Shown: one piece after another, positions 16,493-26,229 of the stretch
Layout of the letters: every line of letters starts with the position of its first letter
Position numbering within the stretch: position 1 is the stretch's first letter
DNA from: Zymomonas mobilis subsp. mobilis ATCC 10988
GTDB lineage: Bacteria; Pseudomonadota; Alphaproteobacteria; Sphingomonadales; Sphingomonadaceae
Assembly (NCBI RefSeq): GCF_000175255.2
Contig: NC_017262.1
Span: forward strand, 1,680,001 to 1,712,000
Reading direction: 5' to 3'
Length of the DNA: 32,000 bases
Notes under the pieces: generated by a model
The model's input: only the letters and a program-made list of their open reading frames with translations
What the model was told of the DNA's origin: nothing
The model's database searches: none
Made by a program: the position numbers and the translations under genes

Positions 16493-17563
16493 TTAGCGGC
16501 ATTTGGCCTGTGTCTGCGCTTTCTCAATGCGGTCTTTCAATGAATCGTTGACCTTGTTGCCATAGACATCCAACAATTCAGCATACACCTTACACGCATC
16601 TTTCGGTCTTGCTGGTTTTAAAGCCATCAGAGATTGACCCAAAAAATACAGGCTATCTGGGGCGCGCGCGCCTTGGGGAATAGATTGATAATTGGAATAA
16701 AATGTTTCTGCGGCCTGTGCCGGTTCCCCTGAATCAAGATAGGCACGGCCTAATAAATTGCGGGCATAGCTAGCGCGAGAATGGCTCGGATATTTGGAAA
16801 TAAAAGATTTTAAAACTGTTTCCGCCTCGGGATAGCGTTTATCATTCCATAATTTATATCCGGCCAAATAAACCTGTTCTGCTGGGTCGCTATTCGGTTC
16901 GGCATTTTCACTAATCAAGGCGGCAACAGATTTCGGGGCGGCAGCTTTGTCAGGCGTTGCTTTTGATGCCGGTGCCGCAGCTACAACGGCCGCTGCGGTT
17001 TTCTTGTCAGAAGAGGTATCTTTTGTAACAGCAGGCTTCTCTGCGGCGGTCTCTTTCGGGGGAAGGGGCTTTGCGGCCTTAGCATTCCCAGAAGTAGGGG
17101 AGGCTGCGGCCTGTCCCATATTGACCGGATCGGTGTCACCCGTCACGCCCGCTTCTGCCGGTGAGGTCAGACGGGATTGCATTTCAGTTTTGAAATTTTC
17201 GAATTGCTGTTCCATCTGGCGAAGGCGGTGGCTGTTTTCTTCGGATTGTGCCGTCAACTGGGTCATGGATTGTTCCAGCGAATCTATCCGCGCCCCTAAT
17301 TCTGTGGTTACCGAAGTGTTTTCTGTCTGTTGCGGTTGAACAGAGGCCACAGGGGCAGCCACTTCCGGTGCCACAATCTCATGGCTTTTACCATCGGGGA
17401 AAATTTTCCGCTGAACAGCCCGCATTTGCCGTTGCAGTTGTTCAATCTGTTGGCTCTGGCTATCTGCGGCGGCCGCCCAAAGCGGAGCGGTTATAAAGCT
17501 GGAAGACAAACAGATAAGAAGCAGTTTACGGTGTAATTTCATTTTTAATTCCATGCTATCCAT
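16493..17563 (-). CDS. cpoB: Tol-Pal system protein CpoB/YbgF (coiled coil, Ala/Pro/Lys-rich linker, TPR)
   Basis: 356-aa ORF. Signal peptide, N-terminal coiled coil (QIEQLQRQMRAVQRK), a low-complexity linker and a C-terminal TPR block (YLAGYKLWNDKRYPEAETVLKSFISKYPSHSRA). A start at ATG 17542 (MKLHRK...) gives the cleanest signal peptide. Confidence 0.8.
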   Translation of the reverse strand: MDSMELKMKLHRKLLLICLSSSFITAPLWAAAADSQSQQIEQLQRQMRAVQRKIFPDGKSHEIVAPEVAAPVASVQPQQTENTSVTTELGARIDSLEQSMTQLTAQSEENSHRLRQMEQQFENFKTEMQSRLTSPAEAGVTGDTDPVNMGQAAASPTSGNAKAAKPLPPKETAAEKPAVTKDTSSDKKTAAAVVAAAPASKATPDKAAAPKSVAALISENAEPNSDPAEQVYLAGYKLWNDKRYPEAETVLKSFISKYPSHSRASYARNLLGRAYLDSGEPAQAAETFYSNYQSIPQGARAPDSLYFLGQSLMALKPARPKDACKVYAELLDVYGNKVNDSLKDRIEKAQTQAKCR

Positions 17564-17746
17564 GCGTAAAACCGCCTAGTTGCGGAAATATCTTAACGGA
17601 CTAATGGGCAAAGCACAGCCTGTTTAGATGAGTGGTGATGAACATTCCATAAAAAGAGATCACCTGACCCTTGAAGAAAACAAAAGCACCAAGCCGAAAC
17701 GGGGTCAATATCTGGGGCTTATCCGTATTCTTTGCCGTAATAATTT

Positions 17747-18652
17747 CTATAGGTCATCATTGTTGGAAAGCGCCGGCGCAGACGGCGCTTTTGAAACCGG
17801 CGCAGACGGCTTTGAAACAGTAGAAGCCTTCATCAACAGGTTACTTTCCAAAAGGCTGAAATCTTTTACATGCCTTTTCGGTAAGGTCGAAGCGGGCAGG
17901 GCTTTATTCTCAACCGTAATGGTCAATAATTCAGGATGACGGGTTTCAAGCATTGGATTTTTGAGCGTCTCTGGCACAGAAACATGCTCACCGGCTTCAA
18001 GTGTTTTTTCAATGAAAACCGATTCCGCTTTGCCATCATAAATTTGTATTTTGACGGGTTTTATCGCTGATACCACAACTTTACTGGGAAGATCGGTGCT
18101 GGCAGCGATAGCTTGGCTCTGTTTAACCTCGGTTATATTGCCAGAGGTCGAATTACTGTCAGTATCGATATTGCCAAGACTGGAGGACGGATTCTGGCTG
18201 TAAAGGGACGCATCGACATGATGGCGGTTCCAAATAATGCCGCCGATGATAATCACGGCTGCTGCAATCAAACAGGGGATAATCAGACGTAATGGCGGCA
18301 CACGGGTAGGATCAGCGGGAGCGTAAGGCTCAATCATTGGTTGTTGACGGGTTGCTTCGCCCATTGTTTCCCGAAAACGGGCAGCCATTTCGGCACCATC
18401 CAGATCCAATAGCTGGGCATATGATTTGACAAAACCAGCACTATAGGTCGTAGCGGGTAAGCCCTCGGTCGAATTAGCTTCAATCGATTTTAAATGGCGA
18501 ATGGGAATGCGGGTTTGTCGGGACACCTCTTCCAAGGTCATTTTTTTGGCATGGCGGGCTTTTTTTAAAATATCCCCGATATTTTCAGCTGCCGCTTTTG
18601 GGTGAATGGCCTGCTGATTATCCGCTTTGTCATTATAGTCTTCGCCCTTCAT
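17747..18652 (-). CDS. rodZ: RodZ-like cytoskeleton/morphogenesis protein (XRE-type HTH, TM segment, DUF4115-like C-terminus)
   Basis: 301 aa. HTH (KKMTLEEVSRQTRIPIRHLKSIE), a single TM segment (LIIPCLIAAAVIIIGGIIW) and a beta-rich C-terminal domain. Confidence 0.7.
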   Translation of the reverse strand: MKGEDYNDKADNQQAIHPKAAAENIGDILKKARHAKKMTLEEVSRQTRIPIRHLKSIEANSTEGLPATTYSAGFVKSYAQLLDLDGAEMAARFRETMGEATRQQPMIEPYAPADPTRVPPLRLIIPCLIAAAVIIIGGIIWNRHHVDASLYSQNPSSSLGNIDTDSNSTSGNITEVKQSQAIAASTDLPSKVVVSAIKPVKIQIYDGKAESVFIEKTLEAGEHVSVPETLKNPMLETRHPELLTITVENKALPASTLPKRHVKDFSLLESNLLMKASTVSKPSAPVSKAPSAPALSNNDDL

Positions 18653-18838
18653 TAAACTCCCCGATCTCCTAATCTTGGTTCATTTTTATACCGAATACCT
18701 ATCAGTCGGCCTTAAACTAGCGAAATGAAAAGTAATATTAAATGAACCAAAAATTAAATATATTCTGAACCATGATGAAGGCATGGTTTCTGGTTAAAAA
18801 TATGGCTTCTTTGTAATAAAAAAGGCAGGTAATTATGG

Positions 18839-19396
18839 CTATCGACGGTTTGATTTCTGCCAGTTTTGTATCGCTTCCATCGCCTTGGTCATGTGGCTTG
18901 CCGGATCAGGCGACACATAGGTTAATAATATTCGTCGATCGGGCGCGATAACATAAGTCGTATTCTGTGCCGGAGAAAGCGGATAGTTAATCGCATATAA
19001 TTTGGCGACGGATCGATCAGCTATGGCTATCGGCAAGGGAACGCGGCAATTTTTTAAAACAGCAGGCGATTGGTCGCTAAGAGAAAAGGCAATTAAAAAA
19101 GCCCCCTGCGTCCGCAATTTGGGCGCTGACTTAACTAAAATCTGGGAATCTTCCCGACAGCCGAGATCAGACCCCGCCGCTGAAAAATAGAGAATAACGG
19201 GGGTATTTTTCAAAGCCTGATCAAGACTAAAATGAAAAGGCAGCCCCATCATCATACCTGATGCCTCGAAGGGAGGGGCATGGAATCCCATAGAAAGCGT
19301 GGCATGGGCAGCTACCCCTTGCGTCATAAAAAAAAGACCGCAAAGAATAGTCGCGCCTAAATGAGATGCTCTTTTTTTTATTTTTTCAAAAGCCAT
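18839..19396 (-). CDS. Secreted peroxiredoxin/Bcp-like thioredoxin-fold protein with a non-canonical active site
   Basis: 185 aa. Signal peptide. It aligns by eye to the Bcp/Prx layout (HAPPFEA...PVILYFSAAGSDLGCRED...GAFLIAFSLSD...TTYVIAPDRRIL), but the usual T-P-x-C context reads D-L-G-C. Confidence 0.5.
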   Translation of the reverse strand: MAFEKIKKRASHLGATILCGLFFMTQGVAAHATLSMGFHAPPFEASGMMMGLPFHFSLDQALKNTPVILYFSAAGSDLGCREDSQILVKSAPKLRTQGAFLIAFSLSDQSPAVLKNCRVPLPIAIADRSVAKLYAINYPLSPAQNTTYVIAPDRRILLTYVSPDPASHMTKAMEAIQNWQKSNRR

Positions 19397-19480
19397 AACA
19401 ACATTCTATATTATTCGCGGCCGTTTTAAAAACACAGCGATAAAAGACAGGTTAATTTAAAGATAAATTTATTATCGTTC

Positions 19481-20272
19481 TTATTTCTTCTTCTGAATAG
19501 TCATTAAATAATCGACAGCTTTATTATCGCTTAAAGCAAAACCATGCAAAGGTGACCAAGTCATCCCGATTATATCCGTCACCACAAGACCCGCTTTTTC
19601 CAGCAGCTTTTGCGTTTCTTCGGGTTTTAAAAATCGGCTCCAATCATGGGTTTTGGCCGGAATGCCTCCCAAGGTTTCCCCAATCCCGATAATCATCATT
19701 TTTGAAAGCAAGGTGCGGTTCGGAGTCGACAAGATCAAAAGGCCATTCGGGTCGAGCTTGTCTGCTATTGCCTGTATGAATTGTTCAGGCTCAGCCACAT
19801 GCTCTAAAACCTCCATAGCGGTAATGAGATCGAAATTTGTGTCTTCGACCGACTCCAGCTCTCCGGTCAGATAGCGGATATTCAAATGCTGTTCTTCGGC
19901 ATGGGCTTTGGCAACGGCAATATTTTCAAAGGCCGCATCAACGCCGGTCACATCACCGCCTAATCGGCATAAAGGTTCGCTCAAAAGCCCGGCACCGCAG
20001 CCAATATCAAGAACGCTTTTCCCCATTAAAGGGAAGGGGTTTCCAAAAGCCGAGACAAAATATTGGTCAATAGCCTGCCGAATATAGGATAATCTCACCG
20101 GATTCATGCGATGCAGCATCGCCGAGCTGCCAAAAGGATTCCACCAATCCTTTGCCATTTTCCCAAAATGGAGGGCTTGATGATGGTCAATTGTCGAAGA
20201 AGTCTGATCATTTTTTTTATCAGAAGTCTTCTCTGCCGTTGACAATGAATGTGAAGCAGCGCTTGCTTTCAT
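19481..20272 (-). CDS. ubiG: Ubiquinone biosynthesis O-methyltransferase
   Basis: 263 aa. WWNPFGS...LHRMNPVRL, SAM-binding motif VLDIGCGAGLLSE. Divergent from lysC, an arrangement I recall from other alphaproteobacteria. Confidence 0.9.
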   Translation of the reverse strand: MKASAASHSLSTAEKTSDKKNDQTSSTIDHHQALHFGKMAKDWWNPFGSSAMLHRMNPVRLSYIRQAIDQYFVSAFGNPFPLMGKSVLDIGCGAGLLSEPLCRLGGDVTGVDAAFENIAVAKAHAEEQHLNIRYLTGELESVEDTNFDLITAMEVLEHVAEPEQFIQAIADKLDPNGLLILSTPNRTLLSKMMIIGIGETLGGIPAKTHDWSRFLKPEETQKLLEKAGLVVTDIIGMTWSPLHGFALSDNKAVDYLMTIQKKK

Positions 20273-20324
20273 TATAATACATCCCTACAAAATCGCCTTT
20301 GCGTCTGCAAAGCTGGTTTTCTGC

Positions 20325-20330
20325 TATAAT
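20325..20330 (+). promoter_or_regulatory. Possible -10 hexamer upstream of lysC
   Basis: A perfect TATAAT lies 15 nt before the lysC ATG. I found no convincing -35 at 16-18 nt spacing and no Shine-Dalgarno sequence between it and the ATG. Confidence 0.25.
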
Positions 20331-20345
20331 TTTGAGCGTTTCTTT

Positions 20346-21617
20346 ATGGCCCGTATCGTAATGAAGTTTGGTGGCACGTCGGTTGCAGGATTGGAAAGAA
20401 TCCGGAACGTCGCCCGTCGTGTCCAAAAAGAAGTAGAAGACGGTAACGAAGTTGCCGTCGTCGTCTCCGCTATGTCGGGCGAAACTGATCGTCTGGTAGG
20501 CTTTTGTCGTGAAGCGGCTCCCCTTTATGATCCTGCGGAATATGACGCTGTCGTCTCTTCCGGTGAACAGGTGACCAGTGGTCTTTTGGCCATTGTCTTA
20601 AAGTCGATGGGTGTGAAAGCCCGTAGCTGGTTCGGTTGGCAAATTCCGATTCACACCACCGATGCTTACGCCAATAGCCGGATTGAATCGATAGACACTG
20701 AACGGCTGATTAAAGCCATGAGTTCCAAAGAAGTCGCGGTTGTTGCCGGTTTCCAAGGGGTTAGCGACGAAGGTCGGGTTACCACGCTTGGTCGTGGCGG
20801 CTCTGACACTTCGGCTGTGGCCTTGGCTGCGGCTTTGGATGCTGACCGTTGCGACATCTATACCGATGTTGACGGCGTTTACACAACCGACCCCCGCATT
20901 GTTTCTCGTGCCCGTCGTCTTGACCGCGTCACTTATGAAGAAATGCTGGAACTCGCTAGCGTCGGTGCTAAAGTGCTTCAAACGCGATCTGTCGGCTTGG
21001 CAATGAAGGCAAAAACCCGACTTCGGGTGCTCTCCTCCTTTGGAGATCCTGATTTATCGCCCGAAGGTGGCACGTTGATTGTTTCGGAAGACGAGATAAA
21101 AGAAAATACTATGGAACGTCAGATCATTACCGGTATCGCTTACGACAAATCCGAAGCCAAGGTAACCTTAACCGGGGTTCCTGATAAGCCGGGTGCCGTA
21201 GCCCAGATCTTTTCTCTGTTGGCCGATGCCAATATCCATGTCGATATGATCGTGCAGATCGCCTATGAAGGCCATATCACGGATGTAACCTTCACGGTTC
21301 CCAAAGCACAGCTTTCTCAAGTGCTCGATATTTTGGAAAAAGGCAAAGAAAAGATCGGTTTCCAAAAGGCACTCAAAAATGACAATGTCTGCAAAGTCAG
21401 CATCGTTGGCGTGGGTATGCGCAGCCATCCGGGTGTGGCGGCTACCATGTTTGATGCGCTTGCAAAACGCGGCATCAATATTCTGGCGATCACCACCTCA
21501 GAAATCAAAGTCAGCGTCCTGATCGACGATGCCTATACGGAATTAGCCGTCCGCGTGCTGCATACCGCTTATGGTTTGGATGCGGATAACAAGCCGGTTG
21601 AAGAGGCCATTGCATGA
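20346..21617 (+). CDS. lysC: Aspartate kinase
   Basis: 423 aa. N-terminus MARIVMKFGGTSVAG, the kinase domain and two C-terminal ACT domains. Confidence 0.95.
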   Translation: MARIVMKFGGTSVAGLERIRNVARRVQKEVEDGNEVAVVVSAMSGETDRLVGFCREAAPLYDPAEYDAVVSSGEQVTSGLLAIVLKSMGVKARSWFGWQIPIHTTDAYANSRIESIDTERLIKAMSSKEVAVVAGFQGVSDEGRVTTLGRGGSDTSAVALAAALDADRCDIYTDVDGVYTTDPRIVSRARRLDRVTYEEMLELASVGAKVLQTRSVGLAMKAKTRLRVLSSFGDPDLSPEGGTLIVSEDEIKENTMERQIITGIAYDKSEAKVTLTGVPDKPGAVAQIFSLLADANIHVDMIVQIAYEGHITDVTFTVPKAQLSQVLDILEKGKEKIGFQKALKNDNVCKVSIVGVGMRSHPGVAATMFDALAKRGINILAITTSEIKVSVLIDDAYTELAVRVLHTAYGLDADNKPVEEAIA

Positions 21618-22693
21618 CCCATAGCGCCAGCCAGCAAAATAATGATGCCGATCTAACGAACAGCAAAATTCTGGAACAGGGTCATCAAAAGCTCGATCGG
21701 CTGATGACCCGTGGGGCAGAATTTCTGAATTGTCGTTATGCCATTATGGGCGGCGCAATGAGCTGGGTAAGCGAACGCCACCTCGTCTCTGCTTTGTCAA
21801 ATGCGGGTGGCTTTGGCGTTCTTGCCTGCGGGGCGATGTCACCGGCTCTGCTTGATGAAGAAATCACAGCGACAAAGCAGCTTACACAGCAGTCTTTCGG
21901 TGTAAATCTGATTACGATGCATCCCGAGCTGGATCAGCTCATTGATGTCTGCCTTAATCAGAAAGTCAGCCATGTGGTTCTGGCGGGTGGATTACCGACC
22001 ACTGCCGCGATTGAAAAGCTGAAAAAAGGCGGTGCCAAAGTCATCTGCTTTGCACCGGCTTTGATCTTGGGGCGCAAATTGCTTCGGGCAGGTGTGGATG
22101 CTTTGGTCATCGAAGGCATGGAGGCCGGTGGTCATATTGGCCCCGTGACAACGACTGTCTTGGCACAGGAAATTCTGCCAGCTTTGGCTGAAAAACTGCC
22201 GATTTTTGTGGCGGGTGGTATCGGACGGGGCGAATCTATCGCGGCTTTCTTGGAAATGGGGGCTGCTGGTGTTCAGTTGGGAACGCGTTTTGTCTGCGCC
22301 ACTGAATGCATTGCTCATCCTAAATTCAAGCAAGCCTTTATCCGCGCAGCAGCCAGAGATGCTGTTACTTCGGTTCAGATTGATCCCCGTCTTCCGGTCA
22401 TTCCGGTCAGAGCCTTGAAAAACGCAACGACCGAGAATTTCATCGCTAAACAGCGGGAAGTCGCCAAGGCTTTGGATGATGGTGAATTGGCTTTGCCGGA
22501 TGCCCAGTTGATGATTGAACATTATTGGGCTGGCTCTCTTAGACGGGCAGTGATCGACGGTGATATCGAAAATGGTTCGGTCATGGCGGGTCAATCGGTT
22601 GGCATGGTCAAACAGGAAGAACCGGCACAGGTTATTATCGAAAATCTTGTTGAGGAAGCCGCGATTGCTCTTGCCAAACGCAATGTAATTTGA
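21614..22693 (+). CDS. Nitronate monooxygenase / FabK-like FMN-dependent oxidoreductase (NMO family)
   Basis: 359 aa. SALSNAGGFGVLA, EGMEAGGHIG, AGGIGRGESIAAFLEMGAAGVQLGTRF. The start overlaps the lysC stop (ATGA). Confidence 0.82.
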   Translation: MTHSASQQNNDADLTNSKILEQGHQKLDRLMTRGAEFLNCRYAIMGGAMSWVSERHLVSALSNAGGFGVLACGAMSPALLDEEITATKQLTQQSFGVNLITMHPELDQLIDVCLNQKVSHVVLAGGLPTTAAIEKLKKGGAKVICFAPALILGRKLLRAGVDALVIEGMEAGGHIGPVTTTVLAQEILPALAEKLPIFVAGGIGRGESIAAFLEMGAAGVQLGTRFVCATECIAHPKFKQAFIRAAARDAVTSVQIDPRLPVIPVRALKNATTENFIAKQREVAKALDDGELALPDAQLMIEHYWAGSLRRAVIDGDIENGSVMAGQSVGMVKQEEPAQVIIENLVEEAAIALAKRNVI

Positions 22694-22709
22694 CGGTTGT
22701 TATAAAATT

Positions 22710-24998
22710 ATGCCCCCATCCCAGCAGATAGCGACCATTGCCGCGCGAGAGATTTTAACCCGTTTACACGATGTTATGGCCTCGCGTTCCAATGCTCAGT
22801 CAAAACTCGATCAGGTGGTGCAAATTATCAGCACAGCCCTATTGAGCGATGTCTGTTCTATCTATCTGCTGCGTGATGGGGTTCTCGAACTTTTCGCAAC
22901 CTATGGCTTGAAACAGGAAGCGGTCCACGTCACCCGCCTTAGTCTGGGGCAGGGGCTTGTCGGCACGATTGCCCGCGACATGGCAATCCTGAATTTAAGT
23001 GAAGCGACAAGTCATCCTGATTTTGTCCATAATCCTGAAACCGGAGAAGAATTTTTCCATAGCTTTGCCGGTGTTCCGATTGTCAGACGGGAACAGGCTG
23101 TCGGCGTTTTGGCTGTCCAATCAGCAGAATCGCGCCGCTTTGCTGATATTGAGGTCGAAGCCCTTCAGACGGTCGCCATGGTGCTGGCTGAACTTATTTT
23201 TAGCGCGGGTCTGATTGATGAAAACAGTCTGGCCAGCAGCGGTTCCAAAGATCAAGGTTCCTTACGCTATAACGGCCTAAAATTGGTGGAAGGTATGGGG
23301 CGTGGTTATGCCGTTTTCCACCAGCCTCGTGTGACCATTGAATTTACCGTTGCCGAAGATGTTGAAGTCGAAAGACAAAGACTGAATGCAGCCTTTGCCC
23401 GTATGCGGGAACAAATCGAGCATATGGCACAGGAAGCCGAATTCTTCGGTAATTCCAACGATCATCGTGAAGTGCTGGCGACCTACCGGATGTTTGCCTA
23501 TGATGAAGGCTGGCGGCGGCGCATTGACGAAGCCATTGATAGCGGTCTGACGGCCGAAGCTGCCATTGAACGTGTGCAGCAACATAACCGGATGCGGATG
23601 CGTGAGATCGGTGATCCGATTTTGGCTGACCGCCTTCACGATCTCGAAGACTTATCCAACCGTTTGTTAAGACTGGTCTCGGGGCAGTTAGGCACCGCTG
23701 CCAGATTGGGCTTGCATGATGATGCCATTCTGATTGCCCGCAATATGGGGCCTGCAGAATTGCTGGAATATGATCGTCGGCGTTTGAAGGGCATTGTCCT
23801 CGAAGAAGGTTCGCTGACTTCTCATGTCACGATTGTCGCCAAAGCTATCGGTATTCCGGTTCTAGGACGGGTCAAAGAAATTCATCAAGGCGTGAGAGAA
23901 GGCGACCTGTTGCTTGTCGATAGCAATCAAGGGGCGGTCTTTATTCGTCCAACGCCTGAAATAGAAGAAGCCTTTGCTACCCGTTTTGCTCTTAGCCGAA
24001 AAAGACGGGCTGAATTTGCAGCTATGCGTGATTTACCGGCTATCACCCGCGACAATCATCGCATCGAATTGATGATTAATGCCGGTTTGCGGGATGATGT
24101 CGCCGCCTTGGAGGCTACAGGCGCTGACGGAATTGGCCTTTTCAGAACCGAATTTGAATTTCTGGTTTCTTCGACTTTACCGAGGCGGGAAAGACAGCTT
24201 CGCCTTTATCGCGATATTTTGGAAGCGGCGGGTGATCGCCCTGTTATTTTTCGGACAGTCGATATCGGTAACGATAAAACGCTGCCCTATATCAATAACA
24301 GCGACGAAACCGTTGAAGAAAATCCGGCTTTAGGCTGGCGTGCTATCCGCTTGGCTCTCGAAAAGAAAGCCCTGCTCAAGGTTCAGGCACGGGCATTGAT
24401 TGAAGGGGCTGCGGGAAAAACGCTTTATGTCATGTTCCCGATGATTGCCGAGCCATGGGAATATGAACAGGCGCGCGCTGTCTTTGAAAAGCAAAATGCT
24501 TGGCTTGCCAAACATGACAAGCCGCGCGCAAAGAGAATTTATTATGGCTCGATGCTAGAGGTGCCTTCCTTAGCCGAGACGCTTGATATTCTGTTGCCCA
24601 AGCTCGATTTCTTGTCGATTGGCACTAATGATCTGATCCAGTTCTTTTTTGCAGCCGATCGTGCTTATCCCAAGCTGGCAGAAAGATATGACTGGCTCTC
24701 TCCGGCTTTGCTGCGTTTCTTGTCACGGATTATCGATCAGGCCAATGCTGCGGGTTGTAAGGTCGGCATTTGCGGGGAAATGGGTGGTCGCACTCTGACC
24801 GCCATGGCGCTCATCGGATTAGGTTTAAAACGGCTTTCTATCACACCAGTGGCGATAGGGCCTATCAAGGCAATGATCCGCTCTTTGGATCGGGATGCTT
24901 TTGCGCCCTTTATTCGGGAATTGGTTGCAAGCGGTGCCAGCAATATTGGTGACCAGCTTGAAACATGGGCAAAAAAACACGGCGTGGTTATAAATTAA
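22710..24998 (+). CDS. ptsP: Phosphoenolpyruvate-protein phosphotransferase EI-Ntr (GAF domain plus PTS enzyme I)
   Basis: 762 aa. N-terminal GAF domain, phospho-His region GSLTSHVTIVAKAIGIP, and PEP-utilising domain (GIGLFRTEFEF, SIGTNDLIQ). Confidence 0.93.
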   Translation: MPPSQQIATIAAREILTRLHDVMASRSNAQSKLDQVVQIISTALLSDVCSIYLLRDGVLELFATYGLKQEAVHVTRLSLGQGLVGTIARDMAILNLSEATSHPDFVHNPETGEEFFHSFAGVPIVRREQAVGVLAVQSAESRRFADIEVEALQTVAMVLAELIFSAGLIDENSLASSGSKDQGSLRYNGLKLVEGMGRGYAVFHQPRVTIEFTVAEDVEVERQRLNAAFARMREQIEHMAQEAEFFGNSNDHREVLATYRMFAYDEGWRRRIDEAIDSGLTAEAAIERVQQHNRMRMREIGDPILADRLHDLEDLSNRLLRLVSGQLGTAARLGLHDDAILIARNMGPAELLEYDRRRLKGIVLEEGSLTSHVTIVAKAIGIPVLGRVKEIHQGVREGDLLLVDSNQGAVFIRPTPEIEEAFATRFALSRKRRAEFAAMRDLPAITRDNHRIELMINAGLRDDVAALEATGADGIGLFRTEFEFLVSSTLPRRERQLRLYRDILEAAGDRPVIFRTVDIGNDKTLPYINNSDETVEENPALGWRAIRLALEKKALLKVQARALIEGAAGKTLYVMFPMIAEPWEYEQARAVFEKQNAWLAKHDKPRAKRIYYGSMLEVPSLAETLDILLPKLDFLSIGTNDLIQFFFAADRAYPKLAERYDWLSPALLRFLSRIIDQANAAGCKVGICGEMGGRTLTAMALIGLGLKRLSITPVAIGPIKAMIRSLDRDAFAPFIRELVASGASNIGDQLETWAKKHGVVIN

Positions 24999-25030
24999 CA
25001 TCCTATTCTTAGGATGTTCGGTTGTTTTTA
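24997..25030 (+). terminator. Intrinsic terminator after ptsP
   Basis: Stem AACATCCTA (24997-25005) pairs with TAGGATGTT (25010-25018) across the loop TTCT, followed by CGGTTGTTTTTA. Confidence 0.7.
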
Positions 25031-25092
25031 TCTAAAATCTATTTTTTCTTTTAGCCTTGAAGTCAGGATTCAAGGCTAATCAAAACTGCGCC

Positions 25093-26229
25093 TTACTCTG
25101 CTGCGATATTTTCGTAAATAGCCTTGGTAAAATCCTCGGTGAAGGCGCCATTCATCCCTTCAAAAGAAGTATTGGTAAGCGAGACCACGGTGATAGCGCG
25201 TTTGCGGTCAATAAACCATCTATGACCATATACGCCGCCCCATTGCATCGTGCCTTCCGACTGACCACTTCCAACCTTATCGGGGTCAACGACAAGCGAT
25301 CCGCCATATCCAAAGCCAAAACCGGCTTTATCAGTCGATATTTTGGGATCAATATGGTTGGTAAACATACGGTCGATCGTCTCTTGGCTTAAAAATCCTT
25401 CCTTGCCTGTTCTCAATATCTCGAAGAAATGAAGTAAATCCTTGGCATTACCCACCATTCCTGCACCGCCAGAGGGATAGGCTTGCTTTTCTGTTGCACG
25501 GCGAGGGGAGAAAATAATACCGCCATAGATTTCTTTATCCCCCATTCTTTGCGGTTCGGATTTCGTATTATAATAAGGCACTACTAGATCACCTGCCTCT
25601 GCCCAGAAATGGCAGCTATGTAGTCCCAAGGGGTGGGTAACATAATCGGCGATAATCTCAGGCAAAGGCCGCTGACAGAGCTTTTCAAGCATCGCACCGA
25701 CTACATCCATCCCTAGCGAATAAGCCCATCCTTCTGTCGGATAATAGAATAACGGAGCTTTCGCCAATCGGCGCATATTTTCTTCAAGCGTTAGGGCAGG
25801 GCAAAAGTCTAAGCCATCGGATATTCCCAAATGGTGATAGATGGAATCTTCCGGCAAAGAAAAACCGTAATTCAGACCGCTTTGATGCGTTAAAAGGTGA
25901 TGAAGGGTAATGACAGGGGTTTCGGGGGCATCGGCAAATTGGGGCTTAAAATAAGGCAGCCATCGGGTAATAGGCGTATCTAAGCTAATCCGACCTTCTT
26001 CGACTAATCGAAGCGCCGCTGCTGTCACTAGAGGTTTTGTGACTGAAGAGAGACGAAAAACACTATCGACAGCCATGGCCTGCCGTTTTTCTCTATCCTT
26101 CCAACCGGCGGCTTTCTGATAAATCAATTGCCCATTATGGGCGACCAACAAAACACAACCCACCAATCTTTGGTTATCAAGGCTTTGTTGAATGATTTCG
26201 TCAAGTCTATGGGAAAGAGACGAGGCCAC
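25093..26229 (-). CDS. Serine hydrolase of the beta-lactamase / class-C-like esterase family
   Basis: 378 aa. SxxK motif (SSVTKP) and overall beta-lactamase-fold similarity. No signal peptide is evident. Confidence 0.8.
   Translation of the reverse strand: MASSLSHRLDEIIQQSLDNQRLVGCVLLVAHNGQLIYQKAAGWKDREKRQAMAVDSVFRLSSVTKPLVTAAALRLVEEGRISLDTPITRWLPYFKPQFADAPETPVITLHHLLTHQSGLNYGFSLPEDSIYHHLGISDGLDFCPALTLEENMRRLAKAPLFYYPTEGWAYSLGMDVVGAMLEKLCQRPLPEIIADYVTHPLGLHSCHFWAEAGDLVVPYYNTKSEPQRMGDKEIYGGIIFSPRRATEKQAYPSGGAGMVGNAKDLLHFFEILRTGKEGFLSQETIDRMFTNHIDPKISTDKAGFGFGYGGSLVVDPDKVGSGQSEGTMQWGGVYGHRWFIDRKRAITVVSLTNTSFEGMNGAFTEDFTKAIYENIAAE

Noticed and set aside
18667-18790. Hairpin AACCATG-atgaagg-CATGGTT downstream of the Prx-like gene, and the 9-bp inverted repeat GGTTCATTT / AAATGAACC in the same spacer.
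   Set aside because: The stem is short, and the U-rich tract on the minus strand starts only after several non-U bases. The inverted-repeat arms are ~57 nt apart. Both are too weak to call a terminator or regulatory site.
25052-25078. 10-bp perfect stem (TAGCCTTGAA pairing with TTCAAGGCTA) downstream of the serine hydrolase gene, considered as its terminator.
   Set aside because: On the minus-strand transcript the stem is followed by an A-run, not a U-run. On the plus strand it lies after the stronger ptsP terminator. It may still pause or terminate transcription, but the evidence is insufficient.
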